64,000 bases of DNA from contig CM068742.1 in NCBI GenBank assembly GCA_035084275.1, positions 123,070,001-123,134,000 of the forward strand. Direction: 5' to 3'. The stretch's first letter is position 1. Each line of letters opens with the position of its first letter. Position numbers and translations under genes: made by a program. Below the pieces are notes generated by a model. It saw only the letters and a list, made by a program, of their open reading frames with translations, was not told the origin of the DNA and did no database searches. Positions 23,966 through 37,580 of the stretch are shown in pieces. This DNA is from Hydrolagus colliei. Its lineage: Eukaryota.

Positions 23966-26589
23966 GATTTAAAAAATATTTTTACATAATACGTACTGGA
24001 GGGGATACACATTAAGCATTTTAAGCACAGTGCATCTGCCCAACTGTCTGCACCAGCATTAAATGACTGATAAGAGATGTGTTCTAAGGCGATTACACCA
24101 GGATGGTACAGTTGGAATGATTGCTCTTGTGTAGAAGTGAGAATTTTTGTTGTATAGAAGCTATTAAACTAAATAATGTGTGCATCAAAGCTGGACCACA
24201 GCTGCACTTCCATTCTGAGGAACTCCATAGGCAACCTTGTTAAACTCATTGCCAATTACAGCAGACAGGGAAACAGTTGGAGTGGGCAGTCCTCTAATCT
24301 TGTACTCTGAACAAACAAAAATCGGTTTGGTCTAGGTTGTGCCATTCTTATTCTCTTAAGCAACCATTCTGTGCATTTAAAAAAATAAAAGTGAATGCAA
24401 TGGTGTAAAAGAAAAGTGATTTGTTTTGCTCCAGATTGAAATTCTGTACGGTCCAGTTTTGATTCAGAATTTGCCTTGTGCTGCAGGACTCTCACTGAAT
24501 GCCCTTCGCATAAAGATTTCATTGTCATCATTTGCCAAATGGAGCACACTCATGCGCATCTGCCTGATCTGTTGTAGCAGGAACCACAAAATGAAGTGTA
24601 TTACTTGGCAAAAGCCCAGGAGTATGCTTTAGGACACTTCTGTCAGTGTGTCCAAAATAAAAGGTTTATTGAAAAATGTAAGCCATCTAGACAAACTCTT
24701 TGGAAGACATAATAGTTGCTTCCTGCCAAATGGTTGGTGATAGTTCCAGCTTAGCTAATTATTTATTGTGTCATTTTTGGACCAAGATGCTTTTATCTTA
24801 GTTCACATAAGTTCAACTTTATAAGGCCTATGGTCTATTTTTGTTTGCACCGTCCAAAAATACAACTTGGGAATTGCATTGTTGGCTAGGTCTACATTCA
24901 CGTGCACTTCTGTATGTTTAGTGGTTGGTTAGTGCCCTCAAAGTTGGAGGAATCACTATTGACAAATGACTATATATTGGAGGCGTCCTTCACTGTGAGA
25001 TTGTGGATCTCACATAATTTTAATGGTGCATGGTGTCCTCTGCACATTTATCATTAGCAATGTATTGACTTTGTATCACCAGTTTTTGGACCCGACTGGC
25101 CCTTCCCAAACAGCCGTTAGGAAAACTTTTGAGGTTTATCTTTATGGCTTGCTTTACTTTGTACACCTGTTAGCCTTCGTAGAAGATACACATTTATGCA
25201 TTGTTGTTCAAAGGTTCTGGACCTTTGTTGAGCAAGCATGTCTTGTTTGATGTAACCAGATATCTAAAGATTGTAAATTAATTTTATTTAAGGAAATGAT
25301 AGTGCTCAGAGAGACGCGAGGTTGAAGTCCAACTCTGAGAAGCCCAGCCCTTGTTCTGAACTTCAGTGAGATGAAAGATGATTACCATGGATTGTTCAGC
25401 ACAACACCACAGCAGGTTGAACATTGCAATCCAGCTACTTAGTTTATAGAATTCTAATCATTTCTTAATCCCTGGTGCAATAACAACTTGCATTTATATT
25501 ACACCTTTCAACTGTGCAGGGAGGAGAGAGGTGACTGTAGGCACGGTTGAATAATTAGGTCTTTAGGCCCTTGTAAAGACCAATTGAGAGGGGACAAAGT
25601 AGTTACATCAGAATCTTGTGCTGTGAGAATAGTGAAAACAGGCTTGAGATCAGCTTTGCTGTATTTAAATAAAATATATTTTACACTTCCCAGCTCAGTG
25701 CTTCAGTAACCTTTTATTCAAAGTAACTGGAGTAACTTGTGATCCTCATGATTTCCTTTACACCAGAGATATCGCTACCCTTGATTTATCTCATATTCTC
25801 TCTCACTCTTTTTAACATTGATGTTGCCCTCATTGTAGGCCTTGATCCTTCACCTCAATTTTTAAGTGAAACAAAATTACAATGAAATTTCAATAACTTC
25901 ATTCTATGAATTAATAACATCGAATGCAAAACTCATTCTAGTCCTCGTAGATGTTATACTGTCCCGGAACTCTTGTTACATTTGACTTTAATTCTCTGTG
26001 GAGCTCTGTATATAGGTGATATAGGTGCTGTATCAATAATAATATCAAATACAAGGATTATTATTATATTGATGAATCTTACTTATGATTCTGCAATGTT
26101 GAAACAACACAAAGAGCTAGAATTAGTGAAATTCTTGTGAGTCAGTCTAGTATGCTTCTGTTGTCTTCATTAGAAATTGTTATGCATTGAACCCCACTCT
26201 TTGCAAATCTGCATTCATCTGCCAGAGCTGATAAGCCAGAGCTGATCAATAAATGCACATGTGCAAATCACCAGAATGCCACAATGGCATGGCAGTCCTA
26301 CATATTGTCGTAATAGTGTTGCAATCTCTATATTGGCTTGATTGGCTGAGGTGAGGTGGGGTGAGGATTACCTTTTAAATTTATAAGGGAATGAAAGGTA
26401 TGGCATAGACTGGTGAATAATTTCATTAGAACTGGTTTATCCTGAACTGTTAACCTGATGGGCTACATATTTTGTGACATCTGCAAGAATATACAGCTAT
26501 CCATGATAAAGAACCAGCTGATGGTTTCAGATATAAACCACTGGCTCCCCAGCCCAGAGTATTGAGTTCAAGATCCTTGTTGTACGTGT

Positions 26590-27142
26590 TGGCTCGACTA
26601 TGCCAACGCCCTGCTTGTCAAGCTTCCCAACTCCTCCTTCCATATGCTGCAGATCATCCAGAACTCTGCAGCCCATGTTGTCTCCTGCCCCAGGGCTGTA
26701 ATCCCATCTCCCGCATTCTCGCCTAACTTCATTGGCTTCCCATCATTTGGAGGATTCAATTCAAGATCCTGGTCCTCACCTTTAAAACCCTCCATGGCCT
26801 TGCGCCACCCTATCTCTGCAACCTGTCCGCTCCCTACTCTCAGCAGGTTCCAGCCTGCTCCACGTCCTGACCCAGATGCCCCACCATTGGTGGGAGACCC
26901 TTCAGCCAATATCCCCAACATTTGGAATTCCATCCCGCAATCTCTCCACCTCACCCCTCCCTAGTCTCCTTTAAGTCTTGATCCTGCTCTTCAACCATGC
27001 TATCGGTCACCCTCCTCCTCCCTTCCCTCCATCATTCCTGATCCCAACTCCAGCTTGGGTCTGAAACACTGACAGTCCAGTTTATTGGGATGTCCTACCA
27101 ATGTGAAAGGTGCTATACAAATGTAATTTTGTTGTTGTTATT
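26590..27142 (+). mobile_element. L2-clade LINE 3' fragment
   Basis: LDYANALLVKLPNSSFHMLQIIQNSAA...WNSIPQSLHL, pyrimidine-rich 3' UTR, tail gtgaaaggtgctatacaaatgtaattttgttgttgtt. Confidence 0.88.
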
Positions 27143-27369
27143 GTGCTGACTGTTAAATACCTCCATGGTCTTGCCCCAACTTCCTCAAAATCCTGCCAAC
27201 CTGCTTGCTCCATCCCCTGACCAGGCACTGGCCTGCATCATCTCCCCTGTCATGTCCATCCAACCATTGGCAGTCAGGTACTCAGCCTATTTGCCCGGAG
27301 TCTCAGAGTCCCTTCGTCGTCACCTCCTCCAAGGTTTGTGTTAAGGCCTTCCCCTTTGTTGATTTTCAG

Positions 27370-27487
27370 TCCTGTTCCTCTTGAATCCAATTTCCAGCTC
27401 GGTGTAAACCCTTGAGTGTCCAGTGCTTTGCGACATCTTCCTGACCTAAAAGGCACTGTAACCTGTAAATGCCATTTGTTGTTGTTG
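27370..27487 (+). mobile_element. L2 3' UTR tail fragment
   Basis: tccagctcg...gtccagtgctttg...tcctgacctaaaaggcact...tttgttgttgttg. Confidence 0.6.
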
Positions 27488-29616
27488 TACAACAGATTGG
27501 CAGACTCCTCTTGTCTGAAATTGGAGAGGTAAGTAATATGAAAGATCCATTATTGATTCCTGTGGATTTACTTCTCTGGTATTTGTGGCTATGTGACACA
27601 GTGATGCCATCATCATTGATATCACCAAGACAAGATTCATTTTTCCCTTATGTGACTGTCCAAAGAAACGTTTTACCAAACTCTTCTTCTGTGAATAGCG
27701 TTCCTTTTAATATTGGAGGTTAAAGTATGCAACGTCGATTCTCTATTGCTGAACAACACAAACTCAGTAAGTTGATTTGATAAAATGCAACTACAATGCA
27801 AATTTAAAGTATTGACCTCCTTTGAGCTTTGACCACACGTCTGCTCACTCTAGTTGTGACAGGAAGAATACTGCAGCTGATGTGACTCGCCCCTTGCATT
27901 TTAAATCGTTGGTACATTTTGCATTCACTGATTGGACTCCATTCATCATCAGAATTTCCAATTGAAATTCTAAATCTTATCCTTAATACAACAAAAGCAT
28001 TTCATACAATGTACATAATTTCACTGGCTCCCACTATCTAGGAATATGCTATTTCAGTTTTTAAGCTATTTAAACTCCTCCCACCTATTCAGGATCACAC
28101 AGTGAACTCACAGCATTGCATGCACCAAAGTCAAAATTGTTACGAGACCAGTAATAAAAGCTCTATATCAAATGCGTGGATTATTATTATTGTATTGTGT
28201 TATAGACACCATAATCAGTGGATCCACACTCGCTTAGTTCAATTAGCCAATTAGTAGACATTTAAGAAGAATTGTAAAAGCAAATCACTAGGACTAAAAG
28301 TTGATTTCACAGTGCAAGCGATCAGTTTATTATGATTATAGAGATATCAATCAGCATGATTGATGATAAGAAAACTTTTGTCCCCACATGCATCATCATA
28401 TGGGGGTGATTTGATTGAAATCTCTTACTGGCTTTTCTTTGTCCACTTCTCCCTTCACTGTACTTCTCCCTCTTAAACTCACCCTTACTCCGTTGTGCTG
28501 CTCCTAGCCCTCTTGCAAGAGTAACTCTTCAGATGATTGAGAGAGTCCTCCCATTTTATTCTGCTCGAATCTCCCCCCACCTCCTCCCCTCCCTTTCCTC
28601 TAACCATCACAATACTCTTTTGACGCTTTTCAAGTGTGGAGTGTTTGTGCTCAACCCATAATATTAAAGAATAGAAATTTATTAGGTTCACTTGGTTGTA
28701 GAAAGCAGCATATGAATGTCAATCACATTGCTTTGAGACTATTCCAACAGCTTGGCAGGAAAAGGACAATGTTTGCTGTCGAGCAGTTAAGTTTGGACCC
28801 TATCCTGCACCATGCTGTGAGCAGACGAAAAAGGTGAACTGCAGTGATCTTTGTATTACCGATCAGTGCTGACTATTTTGAATCTTTTTATGTTGGGAAA
28901 TCTCTGATAAGATTAAATGCATTGATGCAATACACAATGTAATGAAACAATTGTACAAGTAAATGTGATAGGTTTTACGCTGCCATTTTGATCATCGGCC
29001 TTTATTCCTGGCTTTGTCAATTTGGGCCTTTCAGTTTGCCATTTTGCAGAACTTTCAAACAACATAAGGACCATTCGTTTAGCATAAATAGCATTTTAGT
29101 CCTTATTGTTAGTCACAGGTATCGGGTGGGAGTCACTCTCCTCAGTATACTGAGCTCAGTGAATCTTTTGATGTGAGCTTATAAAGGGATTTCCCATTTC
29201 CAAGCACACATCAAAAGATTTGCTGCATATAATAAACAGGGCAGTACAACCCCCATTGTGATTCTATGCCCAGCAAACAGCAGTTTGAAATATTTAATTT
29301 GTTTTTAAACATAATTGATTTGACACCGAACACTGGCCCTGTTATCTTACCAATGACGCATTTTCACCTGTTTAGGCTGAGCGCACAGTGGGTATTATTT
29401 GTCACCCTGATCCTATTTTTCCCGAAGTGTAGTGCAACAATTCATACATTAACCTCACAATTTAATTCATCGCTGTATTGAGAAGAGATTATTTATTTAA
29501 TAATAATAATCTATATTTAACAAAAACAGAACTGCAAGGAAAGAAAATACACAAACGTTAATTGAGTCCAGTTTGTGTTAGTTCATAGGCATGGAACATC
29601 TGGATGTGAAAGCTGA

Positions 29617-29638
29617 TATATATATATATATATATATA
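29617..29638. repeat. (AT)n microsatellite
   Basis: atatatatatatatatatatat. Confidence 0.9.
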
Positions 29639-30494
29639 CTATCCAAATATAATTTCGCTGTTGTTGTTGTGGATATGCAATCTGTTGTCCTTAACTAGAT
29701 TCATTGCATCAGAAAAGGCTTCCTGTGGATTGGCTGATATGCTTCCAGTGATTGGAAGTGGTTCCCAATTTAGATGACTGAGAGATTAATAAGAAACATG
29801 GAATTGTAGATGAAAGATATTGTGCAGAAATTAAATTAGTGAGACAAAGAAATTTCAATAGTGAAAATGAAGAATAACATGGATTCTGAGGACAAGTCTA
29901 TTGTGTCACTACTATGTCACACCAACCCACAAATAAACCTGAAAAGAGCTATTCACAGCCAGATAACTCTTCCTGCCGTAGGAGTTAGGAGCAGATGTCT
30001 CCTATCATTACTTGTATGAAATCAGATAAAGGGACGTGCTCTTGGAAGCTCCAGCGATTTCTACTCTTGACTGCAATAGAGATTTCAGCCATAACTCGGC
30101 ACCCCCTACTGAGACCTGACAAAATGCACTGAGCTGAGCTTGAGTGACAGGCAGTCATTGCACTCTCAGCAAGCAACTTAACTTCTGATTGCTTGGGCAC
30201 CTCCAGTAATTTGCAAGCAAACAGCAACACATCACTTGCAGTGAATTGTAACTGGTTGGAGTTTCACGTGAGCTTGTTATTGGGTCACCTGAAGTTGGAC
30301 CATCAAGCTTCAAGGACATCCCTGACCTATATAATTCAACTGCAAGCACTGAGAGTTTTGTTTGGAGCCCAGTTCCCCAAAACTCTGAGCTCCAACCACA
30401 CTGCTTTTAAAAGGAATATTGAGTGGTCATATCAGCTGAGATGAATTAAGTGAATGCAGGACTTTTTTTCTTAAGAACATACTTTCATTCATGT

Positions 30495-30660
30495 CTTTCG
30501 ATTGTGCTTTCAGCCACCCTCCCACTTCTCTCCTTCCCCTCCCCTCCCCACCACCCTTCCCCTTCTGCATACTCGGGTCCCAACTCCTGACTGTTGAGCT
30601 CATTGGGATGTCCTCCCGACATGAAAGGTGCTGTATAAATGTAATTTTATTGTTGTTGTT
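30495..30660 (+). mobile_element. L2 3' UTR fragment
   Basis: Ends ...gacatgaaaggtgctgtataaatgtaattttattgttgttgtt. Confidence 0.8.
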
Positions 30661-30666
30661 CACAAC

Positions 30667-31019
30667 GCCCAGGCTTGACAATGCTAACACCTGCTTGTCA
30701 GCCTTCTCAACTGCTCCCTCCATAGGCTGCAGATCATCCAGAACTCTGCATCTTCAGATCATCTTCAGCTACTCTGTCCCCAACCTTTGGAATTCCATCC
30801 CACAATTCCTCCACCTCGCCCCCTCCCTAGCCTACTTAAACTCCCGCCCCAAGACCCTCCTCATCAAAGTGCCATCGTTCACGATCCCCTCCCATCCCTT
30901 ATAGCTCCACCCTCTCCGATCCCAATCCCAGCTCGCGTCTGAAGCATTGACTGTCCAGCGCTTTGGTACCTTCTCCTGACATAAAAGGCATATATAAATA
31001 TAATTTTGTTGTTGTTGTT
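30667..31019 (+). mobile_element. L2 3' fragment with internal deletion
   Basis: PRLDNANTCL...LQIIQNSA, then directly FSYSVPNLWNSIPQFLHLAPSL, then the 3' UTR and (TTG)n tail. Confidence 0.85.
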
Positions 31020-31379
31020 TCTTTCTAAGCTTGGTAACTCCCTGGATACTGATGAGAGGGAGGTTGGAAAGGACTGATCTTCAGACCTGGTATAAGTTCA
31101 AGCATTGCCAAGCAGTCACTTTTTTCCTCTCTTTCCCCTCACAATAAAGCTGATCCCAGTCCAGGGTACAGAGGTGCCTTGCGTCAAAATCTGTATTTGC
31201 CTCTCTCCTTGGAGACTCCTGTGTTGTATTTTATGATTCGTCTCCTGCTCTGTTCCTACTCAATTGGATTTCACTTCCAAATACAAAAGTCCAGGACTGC
31301 CAGAAGTGGGAATGTTGCACACTCTGTAACCTTTCAGATCAGCTCTAATTATCAGCACAAAACAATATTCCTATGTACA

Positions 31380-31495
31380 AAAAACATATAATCACTAAAT
31401 GTTACAGTATATTCTGTGAAGTGCTTTGAGACTCCAAGAAGATGTGACAAGATGCTATATCAAATGAAAGGATTATGATTATTTTTATTATTATT
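31380..31495 (+). mobile_element. SINE L2-type tail
   Basis: ttctgtgaagtgctttgagac...gatgctatatcaaatgaaaggattatgattatt. Confidence 0.75.
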
Positions 31496-32883
31496 AATGC
31501 CATCAGACAGATTTACAGTTTTCAACCCATGTATTGGTAGAGAAGGAATGAGCTCAGATTAACTTCCCCCAAACTCCAAGACATGATCAACATATAAAAT
31601 AATACTTTGGACTTGAGGTAATTATTCCATTGTATTTCACCACTTGTAGAGCAGTTAAATACAAATTGTAAATCATTGCTTAAAATCAAATCAATGAGTC
31701 ACATTAAATCAATGTGGTTTGCAGACCAGGCTTGGCAGGCCACATTTGCTCTGTCAACTTGCACCCTCTTCCTCTTGACTTTCAGAAGTGGGAAAGCAAA
31801 AGAGAAATACAAAGATGCACTTTCTTCTCATTCTTAAAATTTCATGTGCCTTGGTGCAAATGTAAAGTGATGTGATGAGGTGGATTTCCGCTCACAAACC
31901 ACATTGTGATTAGCCTTTTCAATACATATTCTTCCTGACCAGCACTGCTAACTTTGCACTGACTGCCACAATCTCAAAGCACTGTCTTCCTTGCTTGAGG
32001 GCTGCTCTCAGGTTAATGCCGACAGCCTACTCTGTGAAGTGGTGGGATACTGACCCTGTTCCTCATGATTTCCCACAGAGCCAGCTTGTGAGATCCATTG
32101 TTCACTATAGGCATTTCATACATGGAGGCCAGATATGTCCTCATAGTAAAGGGAGAGACTGCAAGACCAAACGTTCTACTCAAGCTACGAAATGTAAATT
32201 GGCGGTATCCCTGATGTACAGTCCATAATTAGTGCCACTGATAATTCAGGAACAAAATACAAAAGACTTTCCTTGGGTCACAGTTTCAGTCAAGCTGTAT
32301 GGATGATGGGATAAGTCTGCATTTTATTTTGCCTTTTCTTCCTTGATGTTAGAGAAGGAGAGGTAATCACGCTGAATCTTAGCTCTGGAAATACCTCTTA
32401 ACCCAGCAGATCAAAAATGCAAAATTGTGAATGCGGGGTATAGCAGGCCTACTGAAGATCTCAGGTAAAGGAGTGGTAGGACTGAAGAAATGGCTCCAGG
32501 TCCCAGCTGAGGGACCAGGTCCCTCCAGGTCCCACCTATTTGCGAAGTTTAATCCATGAGATTTGTGAGACTCTGAAAGTGTTATGTTTTAGACTCTCTA
32601 GGTTCCATCAGGAAGGGATATATTAGTAAAACATGCAGCGCACTGTCCATTTAATGTCTTTGCACTTCCAAACACTAAACCCTGGAAAACTCAACTGGTT
32701 TTCAGAGTGGGAAGGACAGGAAGGGAGAACCAGATATTTAATGGGATTGAAATTTTATTTTTTTCCAGAGGGTGGGTTCCCTACCCAATATTTAATCAAT
32801 TCGAATTGGTGATGCAATCTAAAAGGATGCTTAAAAAGGCTAAATATTGACACAGGTTGAATTTCTGCCCATCAGTGTATTAT

Positions 32884-33229
32884 GGAGTTCTGTATTTTAG
32901 TGGTTAGAGCAGTCGGCTCGCAAGCGAGAGGACCTGGGTTTGAATCGCAGGCGGGTCGAAATGTTGGGCAGGTTTCCGAACTCCACATGCCTCTTGTTTA
33001 CCTAACAGTAAATAGAAACCTGGTTATTAGTTGATTGCGGGACTGCTTTTCCAGATGTAATAATCACTCCAAAAAATATATAATTTGGTCACTACTATGT
33101 GCAATTGGCTGCCGTGTTTCACCCGCAAAATATACAATCAATTCACTTTACAGTAAATTCTGTGAAGCGTTTTGAGACGTCTCGAAAATGCGATGGGTGT
33201 TATATCAAATGCAAGGATTATTTTATTAT
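32884..33229 (+). mobile_element. Full-length tRNA-derived SINE (tRNA head, CORE-like middle, L2-type tail)
   Basis: A-box tagtggttagagc, B-box ggtttgaatc, gggcaggtttcc...gcctcttgtttaccta.cagtaaatag, tail ctgtgaagcgttttgagacgt...atatcaaatgcaaggattatt. Confidence 0.88.
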
Positions 33230-34803
33230 ATAATAACACAATGAGGGTCAACTCAGTGGGATTTTCTCAATATGTAATCGAAAGTGCCATGCAGGTTACT
33301 TGGGAGTTGATTCAAACTTCAAAAATACAGTCATTGCAGAATTCTCCTGAGTCGGCACAACAAACTTTCTGTTTTAATAGTGTTAAGAAATATTGCAAAA
33401 TTGTCCCCAATATGTTTTAGATTGTGGTTTAATTTGTTTTTGGTCAGCTGGGTGTCTGCCACACATGGAAAACCATCATTATGCTCAAGAGTATCCAACC
33501 CGGTCTGAAGGTTTAATTTATGTCACCTACATATAGAAATTTGCCTGCGTAATAGAATGAAAACTCTCTCCCAGAAAGATTGCACCCCACCTACCTAAAT
33601 CCGGAAAGTATTAGTCGTAGGTTTGTAATGTTAAATATAACCAAAAACCAACATTGAAAACTGTCGTGTCAGCTCAAACAATGATGACAATAGTTTAGTG
33701 CCAGTTCCTGCTGCTCTTGTTAAGTGCCTGGGGAAGCCGAGCTACTTTTTTTTCCCCAAAACACATTTTATCACAGCTTCTCTGTCTGGTGACTGACAGT
33801 ATAAAGGATGACACGCATTGCACATAAGAAACCAACTTGTATGCCTTTGTTACTGATATTCCCGAGACACTGGGAAAACTGTTGAGATGGTGTGACTGGC
33901 TAGTGTGGAGCTTTTGTGCCCAAACTGCTCTCACATCAGGCAGTGGAGAGCAGATGGACTTTACATACAGGCACAGAGCCCAGCTCATCAGCCGCTACAT
34001 CCCAAGAACTTATAAAATTTAGACAGAAACTGGCAGAGATCTTAGTGACTTTCTCTATTATTAGAAGCTTGAAAGTAGTTGAGTACAACAACCTGAATTC
34101 TTGTTAAATGCATGAAATCATTTTTGATGTTTTGCGTTTTATGTTCTGACTGTCCAGAAACCGATGGACTTTGCACCGAGTGGTTCCAGCTAATCTCTGC
34201 TACTGATAGTGAGTGTGACTTTGGTGGGGTTATTCTGTGTACCTTCCAACATTGCTAAGTGGGCACTTGGGGGCAGGAAAGTTTTCCGCTCTAAGCTCAG
34301 TCCTTTACCCTTTTCAGATTGGCGAAATGTGTGCCACGACTAGCAATTGGGAGATATTTCTGGCAAAGTCAGTTAGATCTGCGGTATTACGAGGCAGACT
34401 TGGATGTTTGAACAACTCATAGTCATAATGGTGGTTGTTGCTGGTCAAATACCTTGATGCCCCCAAAGCAGGTTTCATGTTAAACTGACACAATAAGTAT
34501 TGCATCACTGCTGCATTTGTGTATGAGGCAATAGCACATGGGTAGGTGTTCAGGCAATCTGTTAAATACAAGATCTAAGCTACTTGGGTAAGAACATCTT
34601 CTGAACTCAGGAACATTTTGCAGCCTTGAAATGACTACTGTGCATCCTTTTAACAAGAAATTGCGTTAAATCTGTTTGAGATGTTTTGATGTGAGGTGAT
34701 CGTGGTGCCTGGATATGAGGCTGAACATTTGTCAACGGGTGTGAACTGACAGGTGGGAGCAAGAGTCAACACTTGTCTGAACGCTCCAGGATGCACTTTG
34801 CTA

Positions 34804-34857
34804 TCCTGTCATGTGCTGGCTTGTCCTGTCCTGTACTGGCTTGTCCTGTCCTGTGCT
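34804..34857. repeat. 20-bp tandem repeat, about 2.7 copies
   Basis: tcctgtcatgtgctggcttg / tcctgtcctgtactggcttg / tcctgtcctgtgct. Confidence 0.85.
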
Positions 34858-35169
34858 ATAATGTCTCAAGAACTGTAACTAATGCTGAAGTGCTGCTTGC
34901 TTCAAATGTACAGTTTGATACTTGTATCCACAATGAGGGAACTTCATGTTGGTTATTGGAGAGAATAGAAAGGAGATGTAAGATAATTCCTATAGTTAAA
35001 TTCAAAACGTTTGTTGGGAATAAAGTTATTTTAGGAATAAGAAAGTCTTAGAGTTCACGGTAAGCTACTGTGAATGAGCTGTCAGGTATTGGACACTTCC
35101 CCGCACAAGTTTAGTAGTTACTAAACTAGGTTGGGTTGGTGGGGGAGAGGAAGAAGGTGAGCAGGGTCT

Positions 35170-35418
35170 CCTTGTAGTTGTATTGCCTTCAGGGTGACAT
35201 GTTTCAGGATTGGATGTTAGAATATGATCAAATCTCTGTGGCTGTCTTGGTAGTCCAATTCCTGGGCCGGGTGGTACTGTTGTACTCCAGGATACTGCTG
35301 ATGACAGCACAGCCAGATAGGTTTGTGCAAGACTTTGAAGGGGCAAGGATTCTCCTAGCTGGACAAGCAAGCAGTGAGAAGCTTGCCAGATAGTGCTCTC
35401 AATGTCAAGCTCTGCCAT
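35170..35418 (-). mobile_element. Possible decayed RTE LINE ORF2 C-terminal fragment
   Basis: Minus peptide ..DIESTI...LP...GLPRQPQRFDHILTSNPETCH resembles RTE G.Q.KRFKD.LK..LK.C. Confidence 0.35.
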
Positions 35419-37434
35419 TTTAGCTGGTTATACTCCAATAGTACCCCAAACCATATCCTGGCGATAAGGCTGAAGTGAAGAATTTTCAACAATGTTTTCT
35501 ATGAAATGTTCTTAAATTTTAAGACAAAACTGTCTTACAGACCAAGACTGAGTGAAACATCAGGTTTCAGACCCAACGTATAAATGGGTAAACTTGTGGA
35601 GTGGAACTGGATAGGAGAGATCTTCTGAAATCTGTTTCCATGTTGCTCAGACTCATCAGCTTCTACAATAGAAATTGTGTTTGCCCCCAAATGTTCCAGG
35701 TTTGAGGGTTAAAAACTTTGTAGAAACCTGTTTGATTTTCAGAATCTTTGGGGACATAGCAAGCTTTTGCTGAATGTACTTTTTCCACCATTATCCCTGA
35801 TGAGTTTCTCCCACTCCCAGTTTGATAAGCCCTCTCACTTTTACATCAGTTGGGGCCAAAGCAAGGGAAAACGAAAACTTGCAATTTTTCTACAATTTAC
35901 TTATTCAGACTACAGATTTTGTTATTGAAACAGAGGTGAAATGGCTTATAGAGGAGCTTTGATTTTTAAAATAAGATGTACAATAACGCAATTCTGTTTG
36001 TTTGAATTGAAAACTATTTATCATTCACCTTAATAACTACCCTCAAGGTCCAGTGACCTAGCTGGGGACAAGCAGTAAGTTCCAGCTGCTTTTCTGCTCT
36101 CCTCTTGCCGTGCCTCTGAATATGACTGATTCAGGTGTCAGTAGAAGATGTTATCACATGATTTGCATCTGATAAAACTAACTTCCCAGCGTTCAAGCAT
36201 TATGAGTTGTTTTTTCTCTCTCACAAGGATTTTGAAGTTTCTGCAGCTCCCTAACTTTGCAAATTAATTATAGATAAAACACACGGCTTTGTGCCGTGAG
36301 TTTATTTTTTGAAGGGAATGGGAAAATGTGGCCCCAACAACCACTCGAGCTAGCTTAATCGCACACACACAGCGTCTTTTGTTTTAGAGCAGTATTGCTG
36401 AAACCTCCCTTTAGTTGGTTGTGTGAAGGTTGAGGCAGCTGGGCGAAATCCAACAGCATAGCTGTGAGGGTTGTAGGCACTGATTCTGGTGAACCCCTCT
36501 CTAAAACCCGCAAATGTGACCAAGATCCATTTGTGTTTGAGTTTATACATTTAAATCAGTTCTGAGAATAGTGAAAATCCTCTCACTAGGTCATCACTGT
36601 GATTGTCTTTTTGTTGATGGCACAGTCGCTGGCGATGAGGACTGGCATTTGAGAAACAGCATCCAGTCTGAATTGAGGACTTGGTATCACGTAATGAGCT
36701 TTGTGAGCTAATGCCTGAATGCCATGTGCACTACAATGAAAGAATCCCTTCTGCTGTATTCCTTTAGTCGGTTTGCTCTCAATTCTGCTTTGTGTTGTCT
36801 GAACACGTGGATTGCGACCTGTGCCAGTGTCTGTGCGTAACTCACAAAATATGCATTTACCCCACCAGAGTTTTCCCACGGTTGTATTGTTGCGGAGGTA
36901 GACACTGAAACAGCCTCTGTGGCATTTTAATAGAAAATCTGGCAAACATGCTATTATGTTCAAGGTTGGTGTAGCCACGGTCCCTTTTAGCATGGCTTCC
37001 TCGTCATACTGCTGTTCTGCCGTTCTTTGTTCTTCATCTTTCCTGCCAGTTACAGACCCCGAACCTAGGAGAGAAGGTCAGAGGTCATCAGCATGAGTCA
37101 ACTGAAATTGGAGTTTGTATCCAGCTTAAAAACAAATGTGGAAAATCTTCATAAAGAATCACAATAAAAAGATATGTTTTTGTAGCGCATTTCTTTGACA
37201 GCAACCTCGTAGTTAGACTGAGCTGTGATAGGCACACGGCAGTGCTGCAATACGGTCTAAAATATGGGTTGGGTTAATAGTCCATGGGTTAATTGTATTC
37301 AGACGCATACACATATCCTGAATTGTATAAGTAGTACAAATGAGAATGATTATAGGTAACTCTTTAATCCTCTATGTTGGTTATATAACTAAGGTCACCT
37401 GTATGTGCTTGTGAGTATGGAAAGCCCAGTAGTT

Positions 37435-37580
37435 ATAATACTCTAAGCATTTGATATAGCATCTTATCGCAGCAAAACAACTCAAACCTCTTCGCAAGGT
37501 TTTCTCTAAAGTGTAGTGACTGTGTATTTGCAGATGACGTGGCAGTCAATTTGACTACTGCAATGTTCCACAAACAGCCA
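37435..37580 (-). mobile_element. Decayed SINE 3' half, antisense
   Basis: gcatttgatatagc...ggcagtcaattt...ccacaaacagc. Confidence 0.6.

Noticed and set aside
25395-25418. REST/RE1-like motif TTCAGCACaacaccACAGC
   Set aside because: The GG of the right half-site is missing and the spacing is off.
26221-26246. Short direct duplications (also near 17992, 50035 and 62682)
   Set aside because: Ordinary 12-19 bp slippage duplications with no further structure.
31049-31095. CTGATGA...CTGA as a box C/D snoRNA or hammerhead core
   Set aside because: Too short, with no terminal stem or hammerhead helices.
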